Of a stretch of 64,000 bases of DNA, positions 29,237 to 40,800 are shown one piece after another (position 1 is the first letter of the stretch; each line of letters opens with the position of its first letter). Location: IMG/VR virus record IMGVR_UViG_3300027708_000026, positions 32,001 to 96,000 of that record; one strand, written 5' to 3'. The DNA comes from a virus. The notes under the pieces were generated by a model. That model was not told where the DNA came from and did no database searches. It saw only the letters and a list, made by a program, of their open reading frames with translations. A program made the translations under genes and the position numbers.

Positions 29237-30241
29237 ATGTCAGCAAAATTTGAACAATTATTAGATCACCTTGTCAATGAAAACATGGATCAAGCTAATG
29301 AGCTTTTCCATGAAATCGTTGTTGAGATGTCTAGAGGAATTTACGAGCAACTCATCGCCGAAGAAGAAGATGAGTCCAGAGAAATGGATGAAGCTGAAGA
29401 CGACGCAGACGAATCCGTTGATGAAGAAATGGACGAGTCTATGGATGATGACGAACAAAATGAGTCCATGGAAACTGAAGAGTCATACAGCATGGAAGGT
29501 GACGACGAAGAAGGCGAGCACGGATTTGCCAAAGGTGATTCCGGTGACGAATTTGGCGCCAGCGTTACTGGTGGCGACGATGACGAAATGGATCATGAGA
29601 AATCAGAAGACGATGCAATTTTCGACTTCAAAGCAGCATTTGAAAAACTAGAAGCAGCATTTGCTGAACTAGAAGCAGCTCAAGGCGGCGAAGAAGCCGA
29701 CATGGGTATGGGTCCAGACATGGGCGATGACAAAGAAGGTGAAGACGAAATGATGGGTCAACCAGCATTTGAAGGTCGTCGCATGACACGTGAATACGTT
29801 GAGAAAGTTGGAAACGACTGGGAAAAGAACAGCCAAAAAACACAAGGTCAAATCGTTGGTGCTAACACCGGTGAAAGCATGCCACACGCTGAGAATGCGC
29901 GAAGTGTTGTAAGCTCTGGTAAAGGTAAGCCTGCTACAGGCGCTACTGCTGAAAACATCCTACGTGGTGGTGATGAAGGCGGTACTCCAACAGGTACAAG
30001 CCCAGCTGGTAAAGCAGGCGGTTTCCTAAGTGCAGCTAAAGGTATGAACACAGGCAACGGTAATGTTCCTGGCGGTAAGATGGGCGTTAAGAACCTATCC
30101 AATGTCAAGGGCGGACACGGTGCTGAGAAGAAAGGTTCTGGTCCAGGTCCAGTAGGTGCTGGTACAGGTGACAAAGCTGGTCAAACTAGCGATGCCAACG
30201 GTACTAAGAAGCAATTCCTACCACCACATACCCGTCCTTAA
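29237..30241 (+). CDS. Acidic prohead core/scaffold-like protein; start reassigned from 29204 to 29237
   Basis: AGGAG SD at 29222-29226 before ATG 29237; D/E-rich N half, G/K-rich C half; directly upstream of protease. Confidence 0.7.
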   Translation: MSAKFEQLLDHLVNENMDQANELFHEIVVEMSRGIYEQLIAEEEDESREMDEAEDDADESVDEEMDESMDDDEQNESMETEESYSMEGDDEEGEHGFAKGDSGDEFGASVTGGDDDEMDHEKSEDDAIFDFKAAFEKLEAAFAELEAAQGGEEADMGMGPDMGDDKEGEDEMMGQPAFEGRRMTREYVEKVGNDWEKNSQKTQGQIVGANTGESMPHAENARSVVSSGKGKPATGATAENILRGGDEGGTPTGTSPAGKAGGFLSAAKGMNTGNGNVPGGKMGVKNLSNVKGGHGAEKKGSGPGPVGAGTGDKAGQTSDANGTKKQFLPPHTRP

Positions 30242-30254
30242 TTAGAGCATTGAG

Positions 30255-30884
30255 ATGAAGCTAGCTTATCTAAGAGAACACCTAAGTTTTGATCAATCCG
30301 GCATCGTAATGGAGTCGGATGACAAAGATGGTAAAAGCCTTTACCTAAAGGGCATTGCCATCCAGGGTGGTATCCGAAATGCTAATCAGCGTGTCTACCC
30401 CGTAGATGAAATTGAACGTGCTGTAAAAGCACTTAATGATCAAATACAAAATGGATATTCAGTATTAGGTGAAGTAGATCATCCAGATGATTTAAAAGTG
30501 AATTTGGACCGTGTATCCCATATGATAACTCAAATGTGGATGGAAGGTCCTAATGGTTATGGCAAGATGAAAATTTTGCCAACACCAATGGGCAACTTAG
30601 TTCGTACTATGCTTGAAAGTGGAGTAAAACTTGGCGTCAGTTCTCGTGGTAGCGGCAACGTAAGCGACATGAACGGCCATGTATCCGATTTTGAGATTAT
30701 CACAGTAGACGTAGTTGCACAGCCCAGTGCTCCTGGAGCGTATCCTACACCAGTTTATGAACATTTAATGAATGCTCGTGGCGGGAATAAGGCGTTTAAG
30801 GTTGCACAAGAAGTGAAAGAAGATCCAAAGGCCCAGAAATATTTGAAGGAATCACTTCTTCAAATTATTAAAGGTCTAAAATAA
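30255..30884 (+). CDS. Prohead protease, T4 gp21-like
   Basis: NANQRVYP, GEVDHP, LGVSSRGSG, DVVAQPSAPGAY. Confidence 0.97.
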   Translation: MKLAYLREHLSFDQSGIVMESDDKDGKSLYLKGIAIQGGIRNANQRVYPVDEIERAVKALNDQIQNGYSVLGEVDHPDDLKVNLDRVSHMITQMWMEGPNGYGKMKILPTPMGNLVRTMLESGVKLGVSSRGSGNVSDMNGHVSDFEIITVDVVAQPSAPGAYPTPVYEHLMNARGGNKAFKVAQEVKEDPKAQKYLKESLLQIIKGLK

Positions 30885-30901
30885 GCCCGAGGAGAAAAAC
30901 A

Positions 30902-31996
30902 ATGTTGGACGCATTCAAACAATTAGTAGAGTCAGGAGTGATGACCGAAGACGTAAAGTCTGTCATCGAATCTGCCTTTGCTGAGAAAATTCAAGAGAAT
31001 CGCGAACAAGTAACAGCTGAACTACGTGAAGAGTTTGCACAAAAATACAGCCATGACAAAACTGTCATGGTTGAAGCAATCGATAAACTGTTAAGCGAGC
31101 GCTTGAACGCAGAGATGGTTAGTTTGTATGAGGACAAAAAGACACTGGCTGAGGCAAAAGTAGCATACCAAACCCGTATTGCTGAAGATGCTAAAAAGCT
31201 AGAAGGTTTTGTTATCAAACAATTAGCAAGAGAAATGTCAGAGTTCCAAGGTGACCGTAAGAAAGTTTCCGAGAACTTCAACAAGCTAGAGCAATTTATT
31301 GTTCATGCATTGGCAAGAGAAATTAGTGAATTTAACATAGACAAGCGTGATCTAGCTGAGACGAAAGTCAAACTAGTCCGTGAAGCTAAGGATAAATTTG
31401 CTGAGATTAAGCAACGTTTCATCGAACAATCTTCAAAGATTGTAGAAGCAACTGTTACGAAAAAGTTAACATCTGAAATCAAGCAATTGAAAGAAGATAT
31501 TGACTCCGCACGTAGCAATGACTTTGGTCGTAAGATCTATGAAGCATTTGCACAAGAGTTTGCCGGTTCTTACTTAAATGAAAAATCTGAGACAAGTAAA
31601 TTGTTAAAGATCATTTCCAAGAAAGATCAAGAATTGGCAGAAGCAAAAACTGTCGTAACAGAAAAAGCACGTTTAATCGAATCTGCGCAACGCGAAATCC
31701 GCATTACAAAAGATTTGATGGAGCGTAAACAAGTTATGACAGAATTACTAGCACCGTTGGATGCTAGCAAACGAGGCATCATGAAAGAACTTTTAGAGTC
31801 TACACACACTAAAAAACTTAATGAAGCATTCGACAAATACCTACCAGCGGTAATGGAAGGACAAGTACGCAAGACTACTGATAAAAAAGTAGTATTGAGT
31901 GAGAGTTCTGAAGTAACTGGAAATCGTGAAAGCAAGCCTGAAGCAGGCTTAGACAATATTTTAGATATCCGCAAGTTAGCGGGTCTATCGAAATAA
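30902..31996 (+). CDS. Prohead scaffolding protein, T4 gp22-like
   Basis: Coiled-coil, E/K-rich, FGRKIYEAF motif, between protease and capsid genes; GAGGAG SD. Confidence 0.85.
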   Translation: MLDAFKQLVESGVMTEDVKSVIESAFAEKIQENREQVTAELREEFAQKYSHDKTVMVEAIDKLLSERLNAEMVSLYEDKKTLAEAKVAYQTRIAEDAKKLEGFVIKQLAREMSEFQGDRKKVSENFNKLEQFIVHALAREISEFNIDKRDLAETKVKLVREAKDKFAEIKQRFIEQSSKIVEATVTKKLTSEIKQLKEDIDSARSNDFGRKIYEAFAQEFAGSYLNEKSETSKLLKIISKKDQELAEAKTVVTEKARLIESAQREIRITKDLMERKQVMTELLAPLDASKRGIMKELLESTHTKKLNEAFDKYLPAVMEGQVRKTTDKKVVLSESSEVTGNRESKPEAGLDNILDIRKLAGLSK

Positions 31997-32014
31997 TTAA
32001 TCAAGGAGACATAA

Positions 32015-33187
32015 ATGTCACAACTATTAAATGAAAGATGGTCAGAGACCAAAGAAGCTCTGCTTGAAGGCCTACAAGGTACCCGTCGTAGTTCTATGCA
32101 GGTTTGCTTAGAAAATACACGTAGGTATTTGGCTGAAAGCGCAACAGCTGGTGCAACCAGCTCTGGAAACATTGCTACACTAAACCGTGTGATTCTTCCA
32201 GTTATCCGTCGTGTTATGCCAACCGTTATCGCTAACGAAATCATCGGTGTTCAACCAATGACTGGCCCAGTAGCACAAATTCACACTCTACGTGTTCGCT
32301 ATGCTGATTCTTCAACTGAAGTCACAGCTGGTGAAGAGGCACTAAGTCCATTCAAGATTGCTAGCGCATACTCTGGTAATGATGGTTCACCTGCTAAAGC
32401 TGCTGTAACAAGCCAGCTAGAAGGTCAACCAGGCAAGCGTATGTCCATTCAAATCTTGAAGACACCAGTCGAAGCTAAGTCTCGTAAACTAAGCGCTCGC
32501 TGGACGTTTGAAGCTGCTCAAGATGCACAAGCCCAACAAGGTATTGACATCGAAGCAGAAATCATGGCTGCACTAGCACAAGAAATCACAACTGAAATCG
32601 ACCAAGAAATCCTAGGAAGCCTACGCTCACTAGCCAACGTCGAACAGACATATGACCAGTCTCTAGTATCTGGTACTGCTACATTCGTAGGTGACGAGCA
32701 CGCTGCTCTAGCGATTCTAATCAATCGTACAGCTAACTTGATCGCTCAACGTACACGTCGCGGTGCAGCTAACTGGGCTGTTATCTCTAACCAAGCACTG
32801 ACAATTCTACAATCTGCTACTACCAGCGCTTTTGCTCGTACAACAGAAGGTACATTTGAAGCTCCTACAAACACCAAGTTTGTTGGTACATTGAATGGCG
32901 CTATGCGTGTTTATGTTGACGCTTATCTAAGTGATGCAAGCGATGCAAACCAAGTTCTAGTTGGATACAAAGGTTCTAGCGAAGCAGATGCTGCTGCGTT
33001 CTATTGCCCATACATTCCTCTAATGAGCTCTGGTGTTGTTCTAGATCCAGCAACCTTCGAGCCAGTCGTTGGCTTCTTGACACGCTACGGCTATGTTGAG
33101 TTGACCAATGCAGCTAGCTCACTAGGTAACGCTGCTGACTATCTAGGCCGTGTTGCTATCACTAGCGCAAACGTTTCCTTCCAATAA
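32015..33187 (+). CDS. Major capsid protein, T4 gp23-like, 390 aa
   Basis: VIRRVMPTVIANEIIGVQPMTGPVAQIHTLRVRY, VEAKSRKLSARWTFEAAQD, AFYCPYIPL, TRYG. Confidence 0.97.
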   Translation: MSQLLNERWSETKEALLEGLQGTRRSSMQVCLENTRRYLAESATAGATSSGNIATLNRVILPVIRRVMPTVIANEIIGVQPMTGPVAQIHTLRVRYADSSTEVTAGEEALSPFKIASAYSGNDGSPAKAAVTSQLEGQPGKRMSIQILKTPVEAKSRKLSARWTFEAAQDAQAQQGIDIEAEIMAALAQEITTEIDQEILGSLRSLANVEQTYDQSLVSGTATFVGDEHAALAILINRTANLIAQRTRRGAANWAVISNQALTILQSATTSAFARTTEGTFEAPTNTKFVGTLNGAMRVYVDAYLSDASDANQVLVGYKGSSEADAAAFYCPYIPLMSSGVVLDPATFEPVVGFLTRYGYVELTNAASSLGNAADYLGRVAITSANVSFQ

Positions 33188-33204
33188 TCCATTATTGGCG
33201 TAAA

Positions 33205-33237
33205 CAACAGAAGCCCACTTCGGTGGGCTTTTTGTTG
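33205..33237 (+). terminator. Rho-independent terminator after major capsid gene
   Basis: aagcccac-TTCG-gtgggctt stem with cUUCGg loop followed by U-tract. Confidence 0.9.
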
Positions 33238-33245
33238 ACTGAAAA

Positions 33246-33252
33246 CTAAATA
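33246..33252 (+). promoter_or_regulatory. Late promoter CTAAATA
   Basis: Directly after the capsid terminator, upstream of the structured leader. Confidence 0.6.
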
Positions 33253-33260
33253 CTCTGTAC

Positions 33261-33319
33261 AGCTTGCATTGGGCAAGTTTTATGCAGAAATCCAACTGCG
33301 TACGGCCTAGAACGCCGTG
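33261..33319 (+). promoter_or_regulatory. Structured 5' leader, three adjacent hairpins (putative cis-regulatory RNA)
   Basis: agcttgc/gcaagtt, tatgcag/ctgcgta, tacggc/gccgtg. Confidence 0.55.
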
Positions 33320-33343
33320 TTTACTTATTTTAGGAGAAACAAA

Positions 33344-34255
33344 ATGGGACGTCCAATTAAAAAGAAATTCTTTGGTAGTTTAACTACCCCTTACCAAAAT
33401 CATGCTACTGGCGGCAAAACTGGCGTTGGTGGTGAAGGTGTAGCATCAGTCACTATTTCAAACAGCGGTACATTTTATTCACAAGGCGCAGCCGTAACAT
33501 TTGGAGCACCAAATATTACTGGCGGCATCCGTGCAACTGGTACACCAATCGTGGGTACAGGCATCAATGTTGGTAAAATCATGGGATTCAATATCACTAA
33601 TGCTGGTTCTGGTTATACAGGAACTGTTAGCATATCTGTTACCACTGCAACCGGTGTTACAAGTGCAACAACAGGTACAAGCGGCGCTCAATCAGTTTAT
33701 CCAGCAACTACTACCGGCATTCAAGTTGGTATGCAAGTGTTTGGTGCTAACATCAGTGCAAGTGCTACATATGTCACTAGCATTTCAGGTAGCGTAGTCA
33801 ACATAACATGGCCAAATGCAGGAACAGTTAGTACCAGCGTTTTATTCCGTGATGTAGGTGCAAGTTTCGCAAGCTCAGCAGTTGGGTTAACTAGTAATCG
33901 TCAAGATGCAATCACTATCGTTTCTTACTTGTCAACAGCTAGTCAATCACGTAGCGGCGGCGATATTATGAAACAAGAATCTAGCCGTAGATATCTAGTT
34001 CAAAATTCTGATGGTAAAGGTATTTGTACATTGAGTACTGGTACACTGACAGCAGGTAAAATGCATATTATTGCTACAGACTTTGGCGGTGCAACTTATT
34101 ATGTAACCAAGCTAACTGCTCATAAAGCCACTGTTGCTAACAGAACCAGCACTAGTACAGCTTATCTATCCACTGGTAGAGTCGCTAAGTGGACGCTTGG
34201 CGCTGCAACTGGTACAGGTGTCAACACCGTGATCAGTCTAGCTCATACTATCTAA
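33344..34255 (+). CDS. Virion structural protein following the capsid gene (possible decoration protein); start reassigned from 33317 to 33344
   Basis: AGGAG SD then MGRPIKKKFFG; T/G/S-rich beta-type sequence; own promoter and terminator. Confidence 0.7.
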   Translation: MGRPIKKKFFGSLTTPYQNHATGGKTGVGGEGVASVTISNSGTFYSQGAAVTFGAPNITGGIRATGTPIVGTGINVGKIMGFNITNAGSGYTGTVSISVTTATGVTSATTGTSGAQSVYPATTTGIQVGMQVFGANISASATYVTSISGSVVNITWPNAGTVSTSVLFRDVGASFASSAVGLTSNRQDAITIVSYLSTASQSRSGGDIMKQESSRRYLVQNSDGKGICTLSTGTLTAGKMHIIATDFGGATYYVTKLTAHKATVANRTSTSTAYLSTGRVAKWTLGAATGTGVNTVISLAHTI

Positions 34256-34278
34256 AATATTTTTAATTTTAGAAGAAC

Positions 34279-34300
34279 GGGGCTCTTAGGAGCCCTTTTC
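34279..34300 (+). terminator. Rho-independent terminator
   Basis: ggggctc-ttag-gagccct followed by tttc. Confidence 0.7.
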
Positions 34301-34326
34301 ATTTAGTATGCATAATTCTGAATTAG

Positions 34327-34333
34327 GTAAATA
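34327..34333 (+). promoter_or_regulatory. Late promoter GTAAATA, 5 nt before ATG (leaderless)
   Basis: gtaaatactggtATG; no SD between promoter and start. Confidence 0.6.
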
Positions 34334-34338
34334 CTGGT

Positions 34339-34869
34339 ATGACTACCGAGTGGACTACACCTACAATCTTTTCACAATATGTTGAATCTGGGGCAGAAAC
34401 TGCACATGTTTCGTGGAACGATTCTAATGGTTGGGCTGCATTATTAAATCGTAATGTTAATGAAAGAATTGGTACCAATGGTACACTAGCACATATTGCA
34501 CGAAGTCCTAAACATGATATATTGACTAAAACTTATTATGTGAAATGTCGGGGTTTTAATTTTGTCAATTTACCAGATTCGCCCTCTGGTATAGAACTTA
34601 AATTAACCACACAACGTCGAGGCAGAGTAACTGATGACACAATACAGTTATGTTTTGATGATAGAACAATTGGTGATAATCAAGCAAATTTAATTGTAGA
34701 TCCAGTTAAAATATATGGCAGTAGTACAAGTTTATGGAGTGTAGAAAATTTATCTATGTCAACAATACAAGATTTAAAATTTGGAGTAGTAGTAAGATTG
34801 CAGTCTCATCCCAATTACCCTCATCGTGATGAGGCGTATATCAATGCTGTTGAATTGAGAATCCATTAA
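34339..34869 (+). CDS. Hypothetical late protein, 176 aa
   Basis: ORF with late promoter; beta-rich sequence. Confidence 0.7.
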   Translation: MTTEWTTPTIFSQYVESGAETAHVSWNDSNGWAALLNRNVNERIGTNGTLAHIARSPKHDILTKTYYVKCRGFNFVNLPDSPSGIELKLTTQRRGRVTDDTIQLCFDDRTIGDNQANLIVDPVKIYGSSTSLWSVENLSMSTIQDLKFGVVVRLQSHPNYPHRDEAYINAVELRIH

Positions 34870-34873
34870 TCAA

Positions 34874-34880
34874 ATAAATA
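34874..34880 (+). promoter_or_regulatory. Late promoter ATAAATA for the fibre cluster
   Basis: 17 nt upstream of ATG 34898, AAGGA SD. Confidence 0.6.
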
Positions 34881-34897
34881 CTCTAAAGGAATAAGAA

Positions 34898-37800
34898 ATG
34901 GCTACTATCACAGTATCAGGAACAAGATCACAAACTCCCGGCGGTCCAAGTGCAGTATCAGCGCCTACTGGTAGCATCAACTTAAATTCCACGATTACTA
35001 ATGTTTCCGGGCAATTGAATGTTGGCAGCAATTCGACTATAGGCGGAAGTTCATCAGTTGGTGGAAATTTTTATGTCACCGGTAGCAGTTCCTTAACAAA
35101 TCAAGTTGTTATATCGAGTACACTTAGTTCAGTTAGTACTACCACAGGTGCATTGGTAGTTGGTGGTGGAGTTGGAATTGGACAGAATTTAAATGTTGGT
35201 GGTAATGCAGTAATAACAGGTACTGTAGTAGTTTACAATAATGTATCTATCACAGGAACTATCGCAGTTCTAGGAAGTACTACAACTGTCATTATCAACG
35301 CAAATGATAATAATGTAGGTAACCCATTAGGTGTTGAATACACCACTACAAATGTTTATGGAACTATCGATCAAAGATTAAAAGGTGCAGTATATGTTGG
35401 TGGTGGTGTTGGTATTGAAAAAGATTTGAATGTTGGCGGATACATCTATGGTCGAGTAGCCAAATCAGATCAAACTGCTCAAACACTAGTCACATCTACT
35501 AATGTAGACGAAGTATTTTATCCTACATTCGTTAACAAATTAGGTATTAGTACAGCAACATTTAGCTATACTTATATTGATAACATAAACACCGGCACCG
35601 GAGGTACTACTAGTACTGGTGGGTTAACATATAATCCTTATTCTGGATTATTGACAACATTTAATGCAAATATATCTGGCCCACAAAATAGTGTCAGTAC
35701 TGAAACCGGAGCACTTACCGTAGCCGGCGGTGTCGGTATTGCTAAAGATACTCACATTGGTGGCAAGGCCTATGTCGCTGAACTAATTACCAATTTAATA
35801 TCTAGCCAAACCGGTCCAATAGCTATCAAACCTGAAGGTGGTGAGACTGATATCTATGGTGAAATTAATGTTCGCGGCGGCAAAAAGCCTCTTGGAACTG
35901 CACCGGTTGTTACAAATACATTGTACGTAACTATGGACGGGGATGACACCAATGACGGTCGTGCCCAAGATCCAAGCCGGGCTTGTCGTACAATCGGCGG
36001 AGCAATGAAAAGCTCGTACTACCAACCTGGCACACAAATTAGAGTAAGCGCCGGTCATTATTTTGAAGATAATCCATTACCGATGAAACCATATACATCG
36101 GTAATGGGTAGTGATATTCGTACGACAGAGATTGAGCCAATTAATAAAACTCAAGACTTGTTTCATGTTAATTCTGGATGCTACCTAGCGTTCATGCAAT
36201 TCTGTCAAGGACGTAGCGGATTGCTTCCTGGTGATTATTATACATCAGATACTAATAGGGGAGCATATGCCACAGCATTCCCGCCCCAAACTGGTGACAA
36301 TAGAATTGATTTATTCCATAGCCCATACATTCAAAACTGTACAAATTTAAGCGGCCCGTGGTTAAAAGATGGTAGTTTGTTTCAACCCAATGGGACTGTT
36401 CAAATTCCTATCGTAGTGGGAACTGCTACTTGGGTTGCGAATACATCAAGCATGTTAGTCACATTGAATACTAGCCTAAGTACTAGTACAGTATTACAGG
36501 GAATGAGTGTTAATCAAGGACAACAAAACTTAGGATTTTTTAACGCACGTTCTTTATTGTTAGCAAATAAGCCATTCTTGCAATCACAAGTAGTCAGCTT
36601 TGTTGATCAAACTTTCAATAGTGGAAGTTTTGTTTACAACGCTGCCAGTTGCAGAAGAGATCTTGCGTTAATAGTTGATAGTGTTGCATTGGATTTAATT
36701 TATAATACTACCAGCGAAAGTATCTTTGCCGGTTTACAATATTGGAATCAAAATGGTTATACCGGTAGTATACTAAATCAATTAACAACTACGACCGCAG
36801 CAATATCACATGTAAGATCTTTAGCCTATAGTGTGGTCAATGCAATTGACGGTGCTTCGGCACTGATTGTGGATGCGGATTTTCAAGTTATATTAGATAT
36901 AATAAACAACGGAACTGCCGGTGTTTCTAACATCATTGTTACAAATGGTGAGAAAACTGCCAATACAACATTGTTAAATTGTTACAATGCATTGATTGCT
37001 GCAAAGCCTACGATTGCTAGTCAAACTGTAGCATGGATTACAGCAAACAATCCAACTTTTACATTTAATACTTCGACATGCTATCGAGATATTCAATACA
37101 TGATTGACAGTGTGGCATTTGATTTAAGCCACCCTAATAATATCAGCGGGGCACCAAGTAATAAACAAGCAGTTAAGTCAGGTGTATATTATTACAATTT
37201 TGATTCAACGTCTACGGCTGTGCCCAACGAAGTTCCACAAGTTGTGTCAGCTTACAATTATCTAAGATCTATAATACCAAATATTGTCACTGGTGTCGAA
37301 CTACCTAAAAAATACAGCTTATCAACACAAAGCACTACTGGATATACATCGGCAACAATTTACGAATCTGGATTGATACAAGACAAACTAGATCTAATCA
37401 CTAACATTATTAGAAATGGTCCAAGTGCAGTTTCTGATAAAATTCCAATGCCACTAACTCAGAGTGGGAACATTGTATTACTTAATGCCTATAGATTATT
37501 AGAGGCGAACATAACATTCTTACAAGATGAAATTATAGCATATATTGATAGTCAGTTTAATAATTTTGATTATAACAGGCAAATTTGTTACAGGGATGTT
37601 GGCATTTTAGTAGAGAATGTCTCTTACGATGCAACATTTGGCGGTAACGAAAAATCTATTGAAGCAGGCCTGGCATATTGGAACGGTGCTATCAGCAAAA
37701 TATCTGGACAAGAAACACAGACCATAAGTGCTATTGATTATCTAAATAGCCTATGTCAACGAGTCATCACTAATACTACATGTACTGTACTGTCTCCAGT

Positions 37801-40800
37801 TGTAGGTATCAAACCAGGTGTGCAGGTAATAAACACTGTGTTGATAGGTGGAGAAGTTTCTAGTACAAGTATTGGCAATCTGTTTAATATTATCACTAGA
37901 CTCATACAAACTGGTAGCGGAGATGAATTCATCAAACAAGGTAGCTCTGCAATTGATGCAGCATATCTAAGTGCTGAAGTACTAATGCAGGCCAACAGGG
38001 CATTTATACAAGAAGACACAATCAATTGGATCAATAACAATTACCAAACTTTTCCTTACAATGCTATCAAGTGCAAGAGGGATACTGGCGTAATTATTGA
38101 TTCTGTTGTCACAGATTTATTATTTCCCACACCTGAATACAGTCAAAGCACATTCGCAGGTTTACAATATTACATACAGAGCAATTTGGTCGGGGCAGTC
38201 CCAGATCAATATCATCAAACAGTACAAGCAGTTGAGTACCTAAAAGAATTAAGTGCCAAGGTTATACAAAATATCACACCAGCTGACGATTTAGTCAGCC
38301 GATATCAAACAGCTGAGCCTCAAATTACTAATTTAGAACCAGGAACCTATTCTGATGCTAAAAAAGTTATGGCAAATTATGACATCATACTTGAAATATT
38401 AAACGGTAATATCACTGGCTGGACTGATAAACTTATATTTGGGTTTACTGCTAGTAAATTCTTAAGTGTACAAAATGCTTATGCAGTTTTACAGGCCAAC
38501 GCTACATATTTGGCCAAAGAAGTGGTTGCTTACATTAATGCAACTAACCCAGGTTTTGCTGCTACATATGATAATGCAAAATGTGAAAGAGATGTTGGGT
38601 ATATGAATACCAGTGTTTGTTTCGACTTGCTATACGGCGGAAATAAACAAAGTATCCAGTCGGGATTAAACTACTATGGATATGTAGGAAATATATCTAA
38701 CATCGTTAACGAAACTACTGCTACAATCGCAGCGTTTAATCACCTATCTATCATAGCTTCAGACATCATACAAAATATTTTAATTACGCCACTACAAACA
38801 ACTGTACAGCAAGTAATAACAACAACTACATCAACCGTTGGCGTAGCCAATCTTTTTGCCCGAGCAATTAGTACAGTTACAGATATCATCAGTAATGGAA
38901 CAACAGTTGCAGCTACTAGACTAGTACCTGTTAGCTTAACGAGATCTACAACACCGGCGACATTGGTTGGGGCAGACAATATTTTAGCCAATAAAGACTT
39001 TTTAAAAGCAGAAGTAATCGCCTACATAAATCAAACTTTTGAAGGCCCATCGTCATTCTTCTATGATCAAGAAAAGTGTTATAGAGACACTGGATTAATT
39101 GTCGATGCAGTTAGTCAAGATATACTATTAGGCGGGAATCAAAAGTCTGTTGAGGCAGGACTGTCCTATTGGTCCGCAGGTTATAACTATGTAACTGGAC
39201 AGGAAACTACTACAACCGCAGCAATTAACCATGCACGGGACATTGCATTACAAATTATTGCCAATCAGACAGTTACTCCTCAGCTACAAACTGAAGCAAC
39301 GCAAATCATTAACACTTTCTATGACTATGGTCAGGATTACATGCCACAACAGGCCATAAGACGTAATTTTGGCATCATTACAAATATAATTGAAAAAGGT
39401 CCGTTATATGCTCCGTCTATATATCCAGGCAGCGCACTGGCTAATACGACTGGATTAAATGCTCTAGATGTTCAAATTGCTCCGTTGGTTACAAGTGTAA
39501 AATTAGTAAACACTGCAACAAACACCTACCTAATTGGATTAGATATTGTCACTGTTGGATTTGCCAATAATGCTACTTTATATTTTGGTGATAGTTCTAT
39601 ATACCCAATGCAAGATTATCAAGTTGAAGAACTTTCTTTAGAATATACCGGAAATGCTAACACATGGGATATGCGTAAAGTTGATTCTATTGGCGGTATG
39701 GGAGGCAGTTTAGTTGATGGTGCTGTTATATCTGAACGTAGTCCGATCAATTCTTTTGTTTACGATGCATATACTCAGCTGACCCAGGGCGGGCGCGGAG
39801 TACGTATTACTAATAATGGTTATGCACAGTTAGTTTCTGTATTCACAATTTTCTCAAGTGTTGGTGTACAAGTTGATAATGGCGGCATTGCTAGTATTGT
39901 TAACAGTAATGCCAATTTTGGTGATCTGTGCCTAGTTGCTAAAGGTTATGGTACCAGAAAGTTCAGCGGTACCGTTTACAATCCTAAATTTAAAGCATAT
40001 CCAGATAGCCCGGGAGTTAACGGATATAATCAATATTATCCAAATGGATTCTGGCCAAACAATGCCCGAGTAGAAATTTTTGTTCCTGATTTAGATAATA
40101 GACCACACATCAGTTTGGTAATGGAAGTTGTACCAGATGAAGGTCATATCAATGAGCAAGGGTTCCCCGGGTTCTTAACAGCCCAGCCCAATCTTGCTAC
40201 ATTAACAACTGGATCTATTACGATTACTGGTATCGATACAGCTGGAATTTCTATAGGAAACTTTGTATATATTAGAGATCAATTTGCATCTACATTTGAT
40301 AAGTTTCAGTATGTACATGATCAAATTGGAAATTATTTAGATATAAATGGTAATATCACTACAGACCCCGCCCAATATATCGTCAATGCTAACTATGGAA
40401 TACCATATATTGCCACTGGGACATATGTTACGAATGTTAGTTATGCATCTGTCACATTAAACTATGCATTGCCAACTGGCGGCGGATTCCCTGGTAATGA
40501 TAATTATTTCACATTCTATTTCTGCGGTAACGCCTATTATACTGTATTAAGCAGCACAGTTGCTAACAATCCAAAAACTCCTAATACTAATATTATCGGA
40601 AGTGCCAACACATCAACTGATCAAGTGGCTGCACATATCGATTCTTTACAATATTTGAATAGTTTAATAGATAAAGTTATTGGAAATGTTACAGTTGCAG
40701 TACAACCACTAAACTCTACTAGCATACAAACTTTCTTACCTTTAGTGGTAGGTGGTGCTAACGCAGCATCGTTTATTGATTTACGATTTGGAGAGATGAC

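Noticed and set aside
31627-32244. 205-aa antisense ORF across scaffold and capsid genes (and other short antisense ORFs)
   Set aside because: Shadow frames of strongly biased coding sequence; no start signals or motifs
33181-33198. ccaataat-cc-attattgg inverted repeat over the capsid stop codon as a readthrough or frameshift signal
   Set aside because: AT-rich and weak, and a strong terminator follows within 20 nt, leaving no extension ORF
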